DNA of 64,000 nucleotides from Pyrinomonadaceae bacterium (lineage in GTDB: Bacteria; Acidobacteriota; Blastocatellia; Pyrinomonadales; Pyrinomonadaceae). The DNA is taken from the NCBI GenBank assembly GCA_019694345.1, contig JAIBCA010000169.1, positions 7,736 through 71,735 of the forward strand, read 5' to 3'. Below the pieces are notes generated by a model. That model did not search any database, was not told where the DNA came from, and was given only the letters and a program-made list of their open reading frames with translations. Positions 47,901 to 57,578 of the stretch are shown in pieces; the stretch's first letter is position 1, and every line of letters begins with the position of its first letter. The position numbers and the translations under genes were made by a program.

Positions 47901-48214
47901 TGTTCATAAAGCTCGACCGACAAATTGAGCCCGGTCTGACCGCCGACCGTCGGCAATAGTGCGTCAGGCCGTTCCATTTCAAGGATCGCGGTCAGCGTCT
48001 CGACCGTCAACGGCTCGACGTATGTGCGGTCGGCGATCTCAGGGTCGGTCATGATCGTGGCCGGGTTCGAATTTACGAGCACGACCTCAAACCCCTCCTG
48101 CTTCAGCGCACGGCAGGCCTGTGTGCCGGAATAGTCAAATTCGCAAGCCTGACCGATAACAATGGGTCCCGAGCCGATAATAAGTATCTTGTGGATATCA
48201 GTGCGTTTGGGCAT
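44990..48214 (-). CDS. carB: carbamoyl-phosphate synthase large subunit
   Basis: [33 protein letters not shown] and a duplicated ATP-grasp architecture. 1074 aa. No carA is adjacent. Confidence 0.97.
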   Translation of the reverse strand: MPKRTDIHKILIIGSGPIVIGQACEFDYSGTQACRALKQEGFEVVLVNSNPATIMTDPEIADRTYVEPLTVETLTAILEMERPDALLPTVGGQTGLNLSVELYEQGILERFGVKLIGANINAIRVGEDRELFKAAMDEIGVPSAKGGFAHTWEEARQIVEEIGYPAIIRPSFTLGGTGGGTAYNPEEFEEIARGGLAASPNSQILVEESILGWKEYELEVMRDLNDNVVIICSIENFDPMGVHTGDSITVAPAQTLSDVEYQRLRDMSIACIRKVGVETGGSNIQFAINPANGDVRIIEMNPRVSRSSALASKATGFPIAKIAAKLAVGYTLDEIPNDITRKTPASFEPTIDYVVTKIPKWAFEKFPGAEDVLGTQMKSVGEVMAIGRTFKESLFKGLRSLESVKPLRLQDIPDAELQRKLARPNSQRFSYLTYAVQIGYDTEEIHRLTKIDPWFLDQLKQVMDLQKAMGAVRLDDISDDMMLNLKEFGLSDRRLSFLTNSPEVDVRNYRKSQGIRPVYKRVDTCGAEFESYTPYLYSTYEEECEAEPTERRKIMILGSGPNRIGQGIEFDYCCCHASFALRDADFETIMVNCNPETVSTDYDTSDRLYFEPLTFEDVMNIVDVENPEGVIVQFGGQTPLNLADRLHNAGVPIIGTSPDSIDLAEDRERFGALLADLKIPCPDNSSVTSADEAKSVANAIGYPIVVRPSFVLGGRAMAIVYDDQSLDDYMRSAVDASPEKPILIDKFLERAAEIDVDALADGETVVIAGIQGHIEEAGIHSGDSSSVLPAQKIAAEHLETIVHYTKLLANALEVKGLMNIQFAVKDDRVFVLEVNPRASRTVPFVAKATGVPIAKIASLVMAGHIRLADLDLPEILPVPKIFVKSPVFPFKKFAGVDPILGPEMHSTGEVMGVGETFGEAYGKAMEGAGLRLPLSGKAFISVNESDKGQAVLLARRLSNLGFSLVATFGTAKRLHEVGLECETVFKVNEGRPNIADLIRQDEIALIINTPLGKVSHFDEKAIRKAALQFNVPCVTTITGAEALIEAIGTRLSQESVTVRSLQEIHAITGIGVSP

Positions 48215-48288
48215 GTCTAAACACCCGATTATACAAAAAAAGTGCGGTCAATATAACCGCACTTTGAATATTCGCTGCCTCAACCGCC

Positions 48289-50124
48289 TTAAAACGGTAT
48301 CTTGGGCACCTTAGGTATCTTATTTTCGATCTTCTGCTTTGCCGCATCGACAACTGCCTTGCCCGACAGCACATTGTCGAGCTTTGACGCTAATCCGGGA
48401 TTGAGCTTTCTCAGTTTGTCGTTTATCTTCTTGGCTTCCTTCTTATTTCCGCTCGCGTTGTATGCTTCGCCGAGGTTGAACAGGCCGAACGAATTGCTGC
48501 CGTCAAGGTCAACAACGCGTTTGAATGTGGCAACGGCATTGGCGAGATCGTTCAGCCCGCGATAGCCTAACCCGAGTTGATTGATAGCGATCACCCAATT
48601 CTGACGCAGGCTTACGGCCACGTTCAATGCCGTCACCGCCGCCTGATAGTCCCCCAAACCGTTGTTGGTGGAACCCAGATTGAGATAAGCTGCGTCGAGC
48701 TTCGGGTCCTTCTCAACGGCCCTTTGAAGAAATGCTCTTCCCAGTTCGAGGTCGGCCTTTGCTCCGGCCTCGTCCTTTGCCTCCCGTTTCGTGACCCCGG
48801 AGTTGTAATATGCCCAACCGAGATTCGAATCATCGACCGCCGTCGGACTCATTTCCCGTGCCGTATTCAGCCTGGCGACCGACTTGTCCCATTCATTGGT
48901 CTTCCCGAGACAAAATCCCCATTCGCTGTAAAGCTCGGGCGTTTTTATCGTTTCCGACGCGATCTTGTATTCGGCGTTTGCATCGGCATAGCGCCCCAAT
49001 TGTCTGTAGCAACTCGCCAAATTGGCGTGTGCCTGAGCGTTTGACGGTTCGTATCGGATGACGTTTTCGTACGAGGTCGCCGAATTATTGTAATCGCCGG
49101 CGTTGTAGTACCAAACGCCTAGTTCGAATGACGCCGGAGTAAATTTCGGATCGGCCTCCAACGATCTTTTGTAGGCCGCCACCGCTGCATCATTGCGGCC
49201 CATCCGCACCAAAGTCTGGCCGCGGTAGTAATTCGCCATCAAATTTCGGCTGTCGAGTTCGAGTACACGGTCAAAGGCAGCAAGCGCCTCGGGATTCTTG
49301 TTCTGTTTGTACAAGACCAAACCCTTCAAATATCGTGTGTCGGACGTGTCCGAACCGCCCGCCTCGGCCTTTGAAAGGCATTGGTCGGCCTTGTCGATCT
49401 GTCCGGCGTCGATATATGCGAGTCCCAGGGTCGCATTGAGATCGGCCAAACTCGGGTCGATCGCGAGAGCTTTCTCATAATTTGCGATCGCCTTGTCGGT
49501 CTGTTTCTTGCCGTCGTATATCGCCCCGAGCTTTGCGTAGGCTACGTCATTTTTGTTGTCGAGTTTTATCGCCTCGTCAAAATAGACGATCGCGGCGTCG
49601 TTATTCGTATCGCCTGCGACCGCGATCCCCTTTTCGGTGAGCGCGTCGCTGAGGCCGTCACTTGCTCTTTTATTTCGCGGATTCTGAACCAATGCCGCAC
49701 GGTAATTCGTGATAGCGAGATCGGTTTCGCCGTTATCGAGGTTGGCTTCCGCTTTTGCGGTAAGAGTGTTTGAAAGTGCGATCTTCTTGTTGGCGGCCGC
49801 GATCGCCGCCCTTTTACGGGCGGCTATCAGTGCCGCTCGCCGTTTCTTGGCGGCAGCCGCGATCTGGGCGTTGGTTCTTTTGGCCTTTGCTCCGCCGCCC
49901 GCCGCTTCACCCAGAAAAGCGTACGCCGATCCGAAGCTTGCCTGAGGTTTCTTGCTGCCGTTCCGAAAAACGAACGCACTACCGCCGCCGGTCAAACTCT
50001 CGGTCGCCACCAGGTCCTGTGCCCTGACCGCGGCCGTCTGAGGCATCAACGAAAATACAACAAGAAAAACGATCGACGATCTCAACAGGCTGGAACGGAA
50101 TACCATATTAAACCTCAATAACAA
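48289..50124 (-). CDS. secreted TPR-repeat protein, paralogue A (611 aa)
   Basis: Signal peptide, the motif QDLVATESLTGGGSAFVFRN, a basic Ala/Lys/Arg linker, then about 10 TPR-like repeats (AIANYEKALAIDP, ALAAFDRVLELD, etc.). An alternative start lies 6 codons in. Confidence 0.8.
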   Translation of the reverse strand: MLLRFNMVFRSSLLRSSIVFLVVFSLMPQTAAVRAQDLVATESLTGGGSAFVFRNGSKKPQASFGSAYAFLGEAAGGGAKAKRTNAQIAAAAKKRRAALIAARKRAAIAAANKKIALSNTLTAKAEANLDNGETDLAITNYRAALVQNPRNKRASDGLSDALTEKGIAVAGDTNNDAAIVYFDEAIKLDNKNDVAYAKLGAIYDGKKQTDKAIANYEKALAIDPSLADLNATLGLAYIDAGQIDKADQCLSKAEAGGSDTSDTRYLKGLVLYKQNKNPEALAAFDRVLELDSRNLMANYYRGQTLVRMGRNDAAVAAYKRSLEADPKFTPASFELGVWYYNAGDYNNSATSYENVIRYEPSNAQAHANLASCYRQLGRYADANAEYKIASETIKTPELYSEWGFCLGKTNEWDKSVARLNTAREMSPTAVDDSNLGWAYYNSGVTKREAKDEAGAKADLELGRAFLQRAVEKDPKLDAAYLNLGSTNNGLGDYQAAVTALNVAVSLRQNWVIAINQLGLGYRGLNDLANAVATFKRVVDLDGSNSFGLFNLGEAYNASGNKKEAKKINDKLRKLNPGLASKLDNVLSGKAVVDAAKQKIENKIPKVPKIPF

Positions 50125-50173
50125 ACTAGATTATACCCAACCATGACGCAGTTGAATAGAAATTTTGCGAAGA

Positions 50174-51217
50174 TCAAAAGCCGACAAATATCGGTTCGGG
50201 CTCAAGTTGAATGCCGAATTTGGAATTTACGGCCGATCTGATCAGGTCCTTGAGTTCGACGATATCGGCTGAGCCGGCTCCGCCCTTGTTGATGATCGCG
50301 AGCGAGTGTTTGGTCGAGATCCCGACCCTGTTCATCGCAAATCCCTTTGAAAATCCGGCGTTTTCAATGAGCCAGGCGGCCGGCACTTTTACCCATCCAT
50401 TCGCCGCCGGATATTTGGGGATCTCGCCGAATGCCGCCTCCAGTTCGCCAAATTTTTCGGCCGTAACCAACGGATTTTTGAAAAACGATCCGGCGCTTCG
50501 CGAGTTCGGGTCGTCCGGGTCTATGACCATCGACTTTGAACGCCGGATCGACAAGACCGCCTCGCGAACCTCAACGATACTCGGTGTCCGCCCGGAAAAT
50601 ATTTCGATCAATTCCCTGTAGGCCAATTTCGGATCGCCGTTGACCGTCAATCGAAAATTCACCCTGGTAACGACATATCGGTCGCGTTCATCAGAGTTGA
50701 AGATGCTTTTGCGGTATCCAAACCCACATTCTTCGTTCGAAAGTTCGACCATCGCCCCGCTCGTACGATCCAGGCAGCTAACCGACACGATAGTTTCACT
50801 TACCTCTTGCCCGTACGCACCTACGTTTTGCACCGGAGTGCCTCCGACGAGACCGGGGATCCCGCTCAGACACTCGACGCCCGCCAGGCCGCGTTCAACT
50901 GCATAGGCGACAAATCCGTCCCATTCTTCGCCCGCACCCACCGACAAAACGATCCGGCTGCCATCCGATCCGGCTTCGTGAATCCCGCAGATCGAAACCT
51001 TGATCACCAAACCGTCAAAACCGGCATCTGCGACGACGATGTTACTGCCGCCGCCCAAAATGAACACTGAGAGGCTGTTCTCTCCTGCCGCTCGGAGTGC
51101 CGCGGCCAACTCCTCCTCCGAAGTCACATTGGCAAAACGGCGAGCCGTGCCGCCTACCCCCAATGTCGTGAGCGGCGCGAGTTTGACGTTCTCTTCTATT
51201 TCGAACGAGGTGGTCAC
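50174..51217 (-). CDS. murB: UDP-N-acetylenolpyruvoylglucosamine reductase
   Basis: LAPLTTLGVGGTARRF, VFILGGGSNIVVAD and C-terminal FKNP...SAGWLIE-type motifs. The GTG start lies 6 nt after the stop of the upstream TPR gene. Confidence 0.9.
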   Translation of the reverse strand: MTTSFEIEENVKLAPLTTLGVGGTARRFANVTSEEELAAALRAAGENSLSVFILGGGSNIVVADAGFDGLVIKVSICGIHEAGSDGSRIVLSVGAGEEWDGFVAYAVERGLAGVECLSGIPGLVGGTPVQNVGAYGQEVSETIVSVSCLDRTSGAMVELSNEECGFGYRKSIFNSDERDRYVVTRVNFRLTVNGDPKLAYRELIEIFSGRTPSIVEVREAVLSIRRSKSMVIDPDDPNSRSAGSFFKNPLVTAEKFGELEAAFGEIPKYPAANGWVKVPAAWLIENAGFSKGFAMNRVGISTKHSLAIINKGGAGSADIVELKDLIRSAVNSKFGIQLEPEPIFVGF

Positions 51218-51223
51218 GGTTCG

Positions 51224-53059
51224 TTACTTTTTGACCGCTCCCATCGTGATCAGTTCCAACTGCGCCGCCAGATTCTTCTGGCCCATTTTCACGAGTTTCT
51301 GATAGGCCTGCTTTGCACCGCCCATGTTTCCGCTTCTAAACTCGGCTTCGCCAAGGTTGTACACGGCACTCGCAAAATTTGGGTCCTTATCGATCGCCTT
51401 TTTGAAGTTATTGATCGCTTCCTTATAGTTGTCCAGTTTGCGATTGGCGATACCCAGTTCATTCAGAGCAAATACCCACTTCGGTTCCTTCTTCACGACC
51501 TTACTGAGGGCGTCGACCGCCCCGTTGTAGTCACCTAGATCGGTCAATGTCATCCCCAGATTGAGTAGCGGACCCTCAACATACGGCGGGTTCGTCGCAA
51601 CGGCCTTTTGAAGATTGGTCTTTGCCGATTGCAGTTTCAACAGGCGGTCCGACTCACGCTTTTCGTATTGGTCGATACGTGCCGCGTTGTAATAGGCCCA
51701 TCCGAGATTCGCAAAGTCTGCTGTGTTGCCGCCGCCAAGCTCGACGGCCTTTTCGAGTGCCTTGATCGCCGTCGGCCATTGGCAAGGCACAAAGTTCTTT
51801 TGGTTTATCTCGCACTGGCGACCGATCACATAACCGATCTTGCTGTAAATATCGGCGATCTCGTCTTTGCTATAGTCCTTGCTTCGCGACATGAATAGCA
51901 CCGCGAGATCATAATTCGACTGTGCCTCGACAATATTACCCGTCATCCGATGGGCATCGCCCAATGCGGCGAATACATCGCCGCTGTCATTCTTGAGGCG
52001 TGCGGCCTGTTTATAGGCAGCGACCGAATCCGGGTACTTCTCTGCGTCAAAGAATGCACCGCCAAGTCCTCTCCAGGCTTCAAAGTACTTCGGCCTAAGA
52101 CTTACCGCCTTTTGATAATCGGCGATCGCCTCGTTCGTTCGGCCGATCCTCGTAAAGGCCTCACCTGAGTTGAAATAGACGTCGGCATTTTCAGGGTCGA
52201 GCTGTTTTGCCCGCTGAAAAGCTGCCAGAGCTTCCGGATTTCGATTTTGCGACAAACGGATCATACCGAGAAACAACTGGGTCTCAGCCATATCCGGAGC
52301 CGCCGCGAGAGCCTTGGTCAGCAGTTCATCGGCCTTGGCGATCTCGCCCTTTTGAAAATAAAGTACGCCGAGCGGTAAATAGATCTCCGAAAGCGCCTTG
52401 TCATTTGCGAGAGCCTTTTCGTAATTGGCGATCGCGAGGTCGGCTTGGTCGAGCTCATTGTAAACCTCGCCGAGGCCGAATAATGCAGAGGCATTGTTCG
52501 GATTGTTCTTTAGAGACTCGAGAAAAAACGCCTTGGCCGTTGCCGCCTGATCGCGGATGAGGAGTTCATTTCCCTTGGCGGCGAGTGCGTCACTCAGTCC
52601 GTCAACCGCCTTTTTGTTCTTGGCGTCCAATGTTACGGATTCGCGAAAGAAATTGACCGAATTTTCGAGGTCGTTCTGATCGATGTAATATTCGCCGACA
52701 CCTGCAAACAGCCGCGACGCCTGGTCCTTCGGCATTGTCCTTACGCTCGGCGGCAATTTATCGGGATCGACGACCGTTGACCGTGCGCGGCGAGGTTGTT
52801 CCTTGGCAAGCGTCTCGTATTGGGTCTTAATACGTTTGGCCGATTCCAGCCGCTGGGCCTTGGTTCTCGAGGCTTTTGAAGTCGAGGAGTATTTCTTTGA
52901 TGCCTTAGCCGAATTTCGAAAGACAAATACGCTCGATCCGCCGGTGATATCACTGACGGGCACGAGATCCTGCCCGAAAACCGTGAAACAGGCCGAACAG
53001 ACCGACAAGATCACCATCAGCGATAACGATGACCGCAGGACTTTGAACTTATTCAACAT
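51224..53059 (-). CDS. secreted TPR-repeat protein, paralogue B (611 aa)
   Basis: GGAG upstream of the ATG at 53059 (the ORF track extends to 53281). Signal peptide MLNKFKVLRSSLSLMVILSVCSACFTVFG and motif QDLVPVSDITGGSSVFVFRN. Colinear with paralogue A. Confidence 0.8.
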   Translation of the reverse strand: MLNKFKVLRSSLSLMVILSVCSACFTVFGQDLVPVSDITGGSSVFVFRNSAKASKKYSSTSKASRTKAQRLESAKRIKTQYETLAKEQPRRARSTVVDPDKLPPSVRTMPKDQASRLFAGVGEYYIDQNDLENSVNFFRESVTLDAKNKKAVDGLSDALAAKGNELLIRDQAATAKAFFLESLKNNPNNASALFGLGEVYNELDQADLAIANYEKALANDKALSEIYLPLGVLYFQKGEIAKADELLTKALAAAPDMAETQLFLGMIRLSQNRNPEALAAFQRAKQLDPENADVYFNSGEAFTRIGRTNEAIADYQKAVSLRPKYFEAWRGLGGAFFDAEKYPDSVAAYKQAARLKNDSGDVFAALGDAHRMTGNIVEAQSNYDLAVLFMSRSKDYSKDEIADIYSKIGYVIGRQCEINQKNFVPCQWPTAIKALEKAVELGGGNTADFANLGWAYYNAARIDQYEKRESDRLLKLQSAKTNLQKAVATNPPYVEGPLLNLGMTLTDLGDYNGAVDALSKVVKKEPKWVFALNELGIANRKLDNYKEAINNFKKAIDKDPNFASAVYNLGEAEFRSGNMGGAKQAYQKLVKMGQKNLAAQLELITMGAVKK

Positions 53060-53267
53060 TTGATCTCCTCTTTTTCCTAAATGCGACGGAACGCACTCTT
53101 GAACGTAAGGTTCGATGACCTTTCGGATAGTAGACGTTTTCCGCCAAATGATTTTGCCGGAAAAGTGGAACGCTCGGGCGAATTTTAACATGAAATCGCG
53201 CTGTGCGGGCCGCCAAATTATTACTTGGCGGCCCGAGGACAACTGCAAACAGGACAATATTCCAGCT

Positions 53268-54050
53268 CTATTGGCTGACATTAGTGCCGCGGACCTTGAT
53301 CAAGGCACGCCGCAAAAATCCGAACGGAAACCGTGTCGCGAACCGCCGGTATTTATCCACGTCCTGAAGTGAATACAGGTATGCGTTGTGATTGTCTACG
53401 AGCCGCTCCATCACACGGGGATGACGATGGATAGGAAAATCACCGATCTCAATGACAAACACCAGGTTAGGAAGGATGTACCCGTGAAATTTTGTGCCCT
53501 TGTCCTCAAGGTATTTTATTGCCGCGGCAATACCATTGTAGGTGATCTGCGAATCGTGAAACATTATTGCTCCATTCTCAGCCAACACATCCAGGCAAAA
53601 TCTGAAGTCGCGGAACACGGCTTCGTCGGTATGTTCGCCGTCGATAAAGCAAAGGTGCATTCTTCCGCCCACACTCGCCGGATCGATCGACGCGGTATCT
53701 CCGTCGATGGTCGTTATCTTGTCGACACTGCCCGCAGCCTCTCTCAGAAGTTCGAGCATACGTGCGGTCGAATTATTTTGATACACCCAGTCGTAACCTC
53801 GGGCATCAGGCTGGCTCTCGGGCCTTTTGTCGATCGATACAACTCGCTCGCAACGGTCGTCCATCAGATAGGGCTGAATACTGCCGCCCAGGTATGAACC
53901 GATCTCGAGATAGTTAAATCCCGGGACAAGCTCACCGACCGCAAGTTCGCATGCTAGCAGCGAAGCCCGATCATGATCCGTGGATTGGCTTGGGATCTTG
54001 TCGAAAAGCCCGATATCCAGATTGCTAAGTCGTTGCTGAAAATCACTCAT
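53268..54050 (-). CDS. class I SAM-dependent methyltransferase (Methyltransf_24-like)
   Basis: NYLEIGSYLGGS (motif I) and LCFIDGEHTDEAV. The ATG at 54050 gives a soluble 260-aa protein. The upstream ATG at 54155 would add a hydrophobic 35-aa N-terminus. Confidence 0.7.
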   Translation of the reverse strand: MSDFQQRLSNLDIGLFDKIPSQSTDHDRASLLACELAVGELVPGFNYLEIGSYLGGSIQPYLMDDRCERVVSIDKRPESQPDARGYDWVYQNNSTARMLELLREAAGSVDKITTIDGDTASIDPASVGGRMHLCFIDGEHTDEAVFRDFRFCLDVLAENGAIMFHDSQITYNGIAAAIKYLEDKGTKFHGYILPNLVFVIEIGDFPIHRHPRVMERLVDNHNAYLYSLQDVDKYRRFATRFPFGFLRRALIKVRGTNVSQ

Positions 54051-54167
54051 ATTACGAAAAATTGAAATCCCGATAATACCACAACATTCAAACAGCAGCA
54101 GAGTCCACAAAAAAAGAAAGAGCAGATCACAGACCTGCTCTTTCGGCCAGTTCATCCGATTCCGGGC

Positions 54168-57100
54168 CTACGGCACAAAAGCATTCTCGGTCGGGACGTC
54201 CGTGCTGATACCGAATTGGAATCCGGTATATCCGGACGTTGACCTGAGCAAATGCCAGATACCGGTCGACGGCCTGAAGATCGCGATGTCAGCCTTGCCG
54301 TCGCCATCGTAATCGCCGGTAACGGGCTTGTCGCCGGGCGTTCCGAACGGGCCGATCAGGAATGAACCGTTGCTGCTGTTGATGATGTACCAAACGCCGG
54401 TTGACGGGCGAAATACCGCAAAGTCGGTCTTTCCGTCACTGTCAAAATCGCCCGGCGCCGGAACGTCCGTATCGATCCCCCAACGCGTCGCACGCTGGAT
54501 GTTATCAACGCTGCTCTGCCACCACCAGTTACCGTCCGACGGACGGTAGATCGCTACATCCGACTTGCCGTCACCGTCAAAATCGCCGGTCACCGGTTTG
54601 TCACCCGCGAGGCCAAAGTACTTGTCGCTCGACTGTCCGTTGGCACTGCTCATCCGCAGCCACTGATTGGTCGACGGCCGGAATACAATGTAATCGGCCC
54701 GCCCGTCGCCGGTATAATCAGATGGTCTCGGAATGTCACCTGCGGCTCCCCAATGTGCAAACTTCTGCCCGCCGTCAAGTGTGCTGAGCGACCACCAATC
54801 CCCGCTCGACGGCCGAAAGATCGCCATATCTGTCTTTCCGTCGCCGTCATAATCCGCCGGCACCGGAACATCACCGGCGATGGCAAAGACCTGCTGAGTC
54901 AATCCGAAATCGCTGCTCCGGAGTACGTACCATTTATTTTCTGACGGCCTGAATACTGAAACGTCCGCCTTGCCGTCGCCGTCAAAGTCAAACGGCGTGA
55001 CACGCGTGAAAAGTCCGGGAATTATCCGGGCGACACCTGCACGGGTCGTGTTTTCGACGCGTGAAAACTCGCCGCCGACCACAACACTGCCGTCCGGCTG
55101 TTCCGCAATAGCCCGTACCGGACCATTTGCCCCGTTCTGCATGAAAAGTTGGTCAAGCGTTCCGTTTGCACTGAGTCTGGTCAGATTGCTCCTCGAAACA
55201 CCGCCAACCGAGGTGAAACTGCCGCCCACGATAATACTGCCGTCCGACTGGATGGAAAGTTCATTTAGCCGCAAGTCTGAACTGTTGCCATTGACGAATT
55301 CGGGCGGCGTAAAGGAAGTGTCGGCAGTGCCGTCACTATTGCGTCGCATGATCGACGACGCACCGCCCGCACCGTTAAGACAGATGATCTTGCCGCCTGA
55401 GATCAGGTAAACTTTGCCGATAGTCGAGACAGACCCGGCGTTGAATACCTGATCGATCGGGCCATTGCTGTTGAGCCGAACCAGATTGGACCGGTTAAAC
55501 CCGTCGACACCGGCAAACGAACCACCGACGACATACTTTCCATCAGGAGTTTGGGCCGCCGAGTAAACCGCTCCACTTGAGATCACCGCGGTAAACGATG
55601 TATCCAAAGTGCCATCGACGTTGAGCCTCGCAACACGTTCGCGGGTAACGCCATTGACGGTCGTAAAACCGCCGGTTATAAGTATCTTTGAATCGCTCTG
55701 AACCAATATGCTGTAAACCGAGCCCACCGTCGGAGAAAATCCGGTGTCAAGCGTACCGTTCGAATTTAGTCTGATCAACCCTGATCGAGGCGAACCGTTG
55801 TATGATGTAAACGTTCCGGCCGCCAATATCTTACCGTCGCTCTGAACGGCGAACGTGCTTGGCACCACGTCGAACCCCGTTCCCGGATCGAATGTCAGGT
55901 CCGTCGTTCCGTCAGCATTGATCCGTGCGAACGAGGGCCTCGCAGTTCCATTCATCGATGTAAAGCTGCCGGCAACCACAAACTGACCGCTTGGCTGACG
56001 AACGATCGCCGAGACCGTACCGAAAATACCTACGTTTGGGTTGAACGATGGGTCGACATTCCCGGCCGAGTTGAGCCTGAAAAAGCGATCCCCTTGGGTG
56101 CTGGATGCCCCGAAGAATATGATCCGGTCAAGCGGGTCAAGCGTCCACTTGCGGTACACCGAACTGACAGCCGCCGGGTGAGTGAATGTTCCATCCAAGG
56201 TCCCATCGGCAGTAAATCGCATCAGCTGGCCTGCGGTCGTGACGAGGATCTTACCGCCGGTTACCACCGCGACCTGGGTAACCGATCCTGGCAGTGTCGG
56301 CGGGTTAAAACTCATATCAACATTGCCGGCAGGCAATATTCGAGCGAGATCCTTCTTGCCGACCCCATTTACCGCGTCAAATCGTCCGCCGACGAGCAAC
56401 GCCCCGTCCGTCTGCAGAAATATTGACGCAACGTCGAGTAATGTCCCTAAACCGGTGCCTGTGATCGAAGGTGCTTCAAATGTACTATCCGCCGAGCCAT
56501 CCGTGTTGAGCCTTCGTACGTAGGTCGAGGAACTGAACGCGGAGTATGACGTTACCGCCCAGTAGATCTTGCCGGAAATATCCGGCGCAACCGAGCGCAG
56601 ATATCCGTAAATGGTTCGCCCGCCATCATAACCCGCCGGTGTAAACGCAGGATCGGCGTTGCCATCAGTATTGAGCCTGACCAGATACCCCGCGTGAAAT
56701 CCGTTCCCATACCCGCCGGCGGACGAAACCAGGATCTTGCCATCTGATTGGATCGCGAAAAATTCCGACGACGAGTAGGCGAATCCGCCAACGTTAAAGA
56801 CACTGTTGAACGACGGATCGTTACTGCCGTCCGGATTGAGCCGCACTACCTTCGACTGATAACTCATCGATACCCCGGCGACGATCAATTTTCCGTCCGG
56901 CTGCAGGCCGACGTTAGTGATACTGCTCAATAGACAACCGCAGTAATTGAATGAAGTATCGGCGCTCCCGTCAACGTTTAAACGAGCGATCTGACCGCTG
57001 GCTTGAGAGTCGACCGCGAAGTTTGTCCCCCAAATGACGATTCGTCCGTCAGTTTGGGCCAGCGATCCCGTAGGATTTTGAGACGTCAGTGTCTTGGAGG

Positions 57101-57212
57101 GCACCGGAACGAATCCCGTATCGACCTGCCCGGTGGCCAGTGCGGTCGAGGCGAGCGATATGATCGCAAACAACATCAGTGCAATTTTCGCTTTAACTCT
57201 TTGGTTCGTCAT
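54168..57212 (-). CDS. secreted delta-60-repeat / FG-GAP-repeat protein (1014 aa)
   Basis: Signal peptide MTNQRVKAKIALMLFAIISLASTALATGQ. About 13 repeats of ...DGKI.V.G.F....G..R..L.RLN.DG..D.SF (delta-60-type propeller repeat, from memory of TIGR02608). Then six D[FY]DGDGK.D..[IV][FY]RPS.G.W repeats in the last 280 aa. Confidence 0.8.
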   Translation of the reverse strand: MTNQRVKAKIALMLFAIISLASTALATGQVDTGFVPVPSKTLTSQNPTGSLAQTDGRIVIWGTNFAVDSQASGQIARLNVDGSADTSFNYCGCLLSSITNVGLQPDGKLIVAGVSMSYQSKVVRLNPDGSNDPSFNSVFNVGGFAYSSSEFFAIQSDGKILVSSAGGYGNGFHAGYLVRLNTDGNADPAFTPAGYDGGRTIYGYLRSVAPDISGKIYWAVTSYSAFSSSTYVRRLNTDGSADSTFEAPSITGTGLGTLLDVASIFLQTDGALLVGGRFDAVNGVGKKDLARILPAGNVDMSFNPPTLPGSVTQVAVVTGGKILVTTAGQLMRFTADGTLDGTFTHPAAVSSVYRKWTLDPLDRIIFFGASSTQGDRFFRLNSAGNVDPSFNPNVGIFGTVSAIVRQPSGQFVVAGSFTSMNGTARPSFARINADGTTDLTFDPGTGFDVVPSTFAVQSDGKILAAGTFTSYNGSPRSGLIRLNSNGTLDTGFSPTVGSVYSILVQSDSKILITGGFTTVNGVTRERVARLNVDGTLDTSFTAVISSGAVYSAAQTPDGKYVVGGSFAGVDGFNRSNLVRLNSNGPIDQVFNAGSVSTIGKVYLISGGKIICLNGAGGASSIMRRNSDGTADTSFTPPEFVNGNSSDLRLNELSIQSDGSIIVGGSFTSVGGVSRSNLTRLSANGTLDQLFMQNGANGPVRAIAEQPDGSVVVGGEFSRVENTTRAGVARIIPGLFTRVTPFDFDGDGKADVSVFRPSENKWYVLRSSDFGLTQQVFAIAGDVPVPADYDGDGKTDMAIFRPSSGDWWSLSTLDGGQKFAHWGAAGDIPRPSDYTGDGRADYIVFRPSTNQWLRMSSANGQSSDKYFGLAGDKPVTGDFDGDGKSDVAIYRPSDGNWWWQSSVDNIQRATRWGIDTDVPAPGDFDSDGKTDFAVFRPSTGVWYIINSSNGSFLIGPFGTPGDKPVTGDYDGDGKADIAIFRPSTGIWHLLRSTSGYTGFQFGISTDVPTENAFVP

Positions 57213-57423
57213 AGTTCCTCCCGTGACAGCAACTGCGAGCGTGTCGTATAGGTCTATTATAGACCACTTTTGCCGTCATCCGAACGCCAATTAGCTCACG
57301 AATACGGTTTTTGTTGATAGGTTGGCACGCCCATTCATACTACCGAGGACCACCGGTATATGGCTCATTGACCCGATTCGGCGAACATTCTCCGGCGCGA
57401 TGCGGTTTAGCCGATCAATAGTC

Positions 57424-57451
57424 TTGCTATCTAGGTTATTGTTGTATAAAT
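57424..57451 (+). promoter_or_regulatory. candidate promoter of the EF-G paralogue
   Basis: TTGCTA (57424-57429), a 15-16 nt spacer, then TATAAAT (57445-57451), about 125 nt upstream of the ATG. Pattern match only. Confidence 0.25.
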
Positions 57452-57578
57452 TACAGATTACACACAACTGATATCTTCTGGTTGTTGTTGAGGGTTTGCT
57501 GTCTTCGCCACAGCCTTGACGATCGCAGGGCGGCCCAAAAATTCCGCACTTTTACTACGAAAGGAGAACTTGCCGAAA

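Noticed and set aside
53060-53281. A 74-codon upstream extension of TPR paralogue B that would overlap the methyltransferase gene.
   Set aside because: The ATG at 53059 has a GGAG RBS and yields a signal peptide plus a protein colinear with paralogue A and equal in length to it. The extension has no signal-peptide character.
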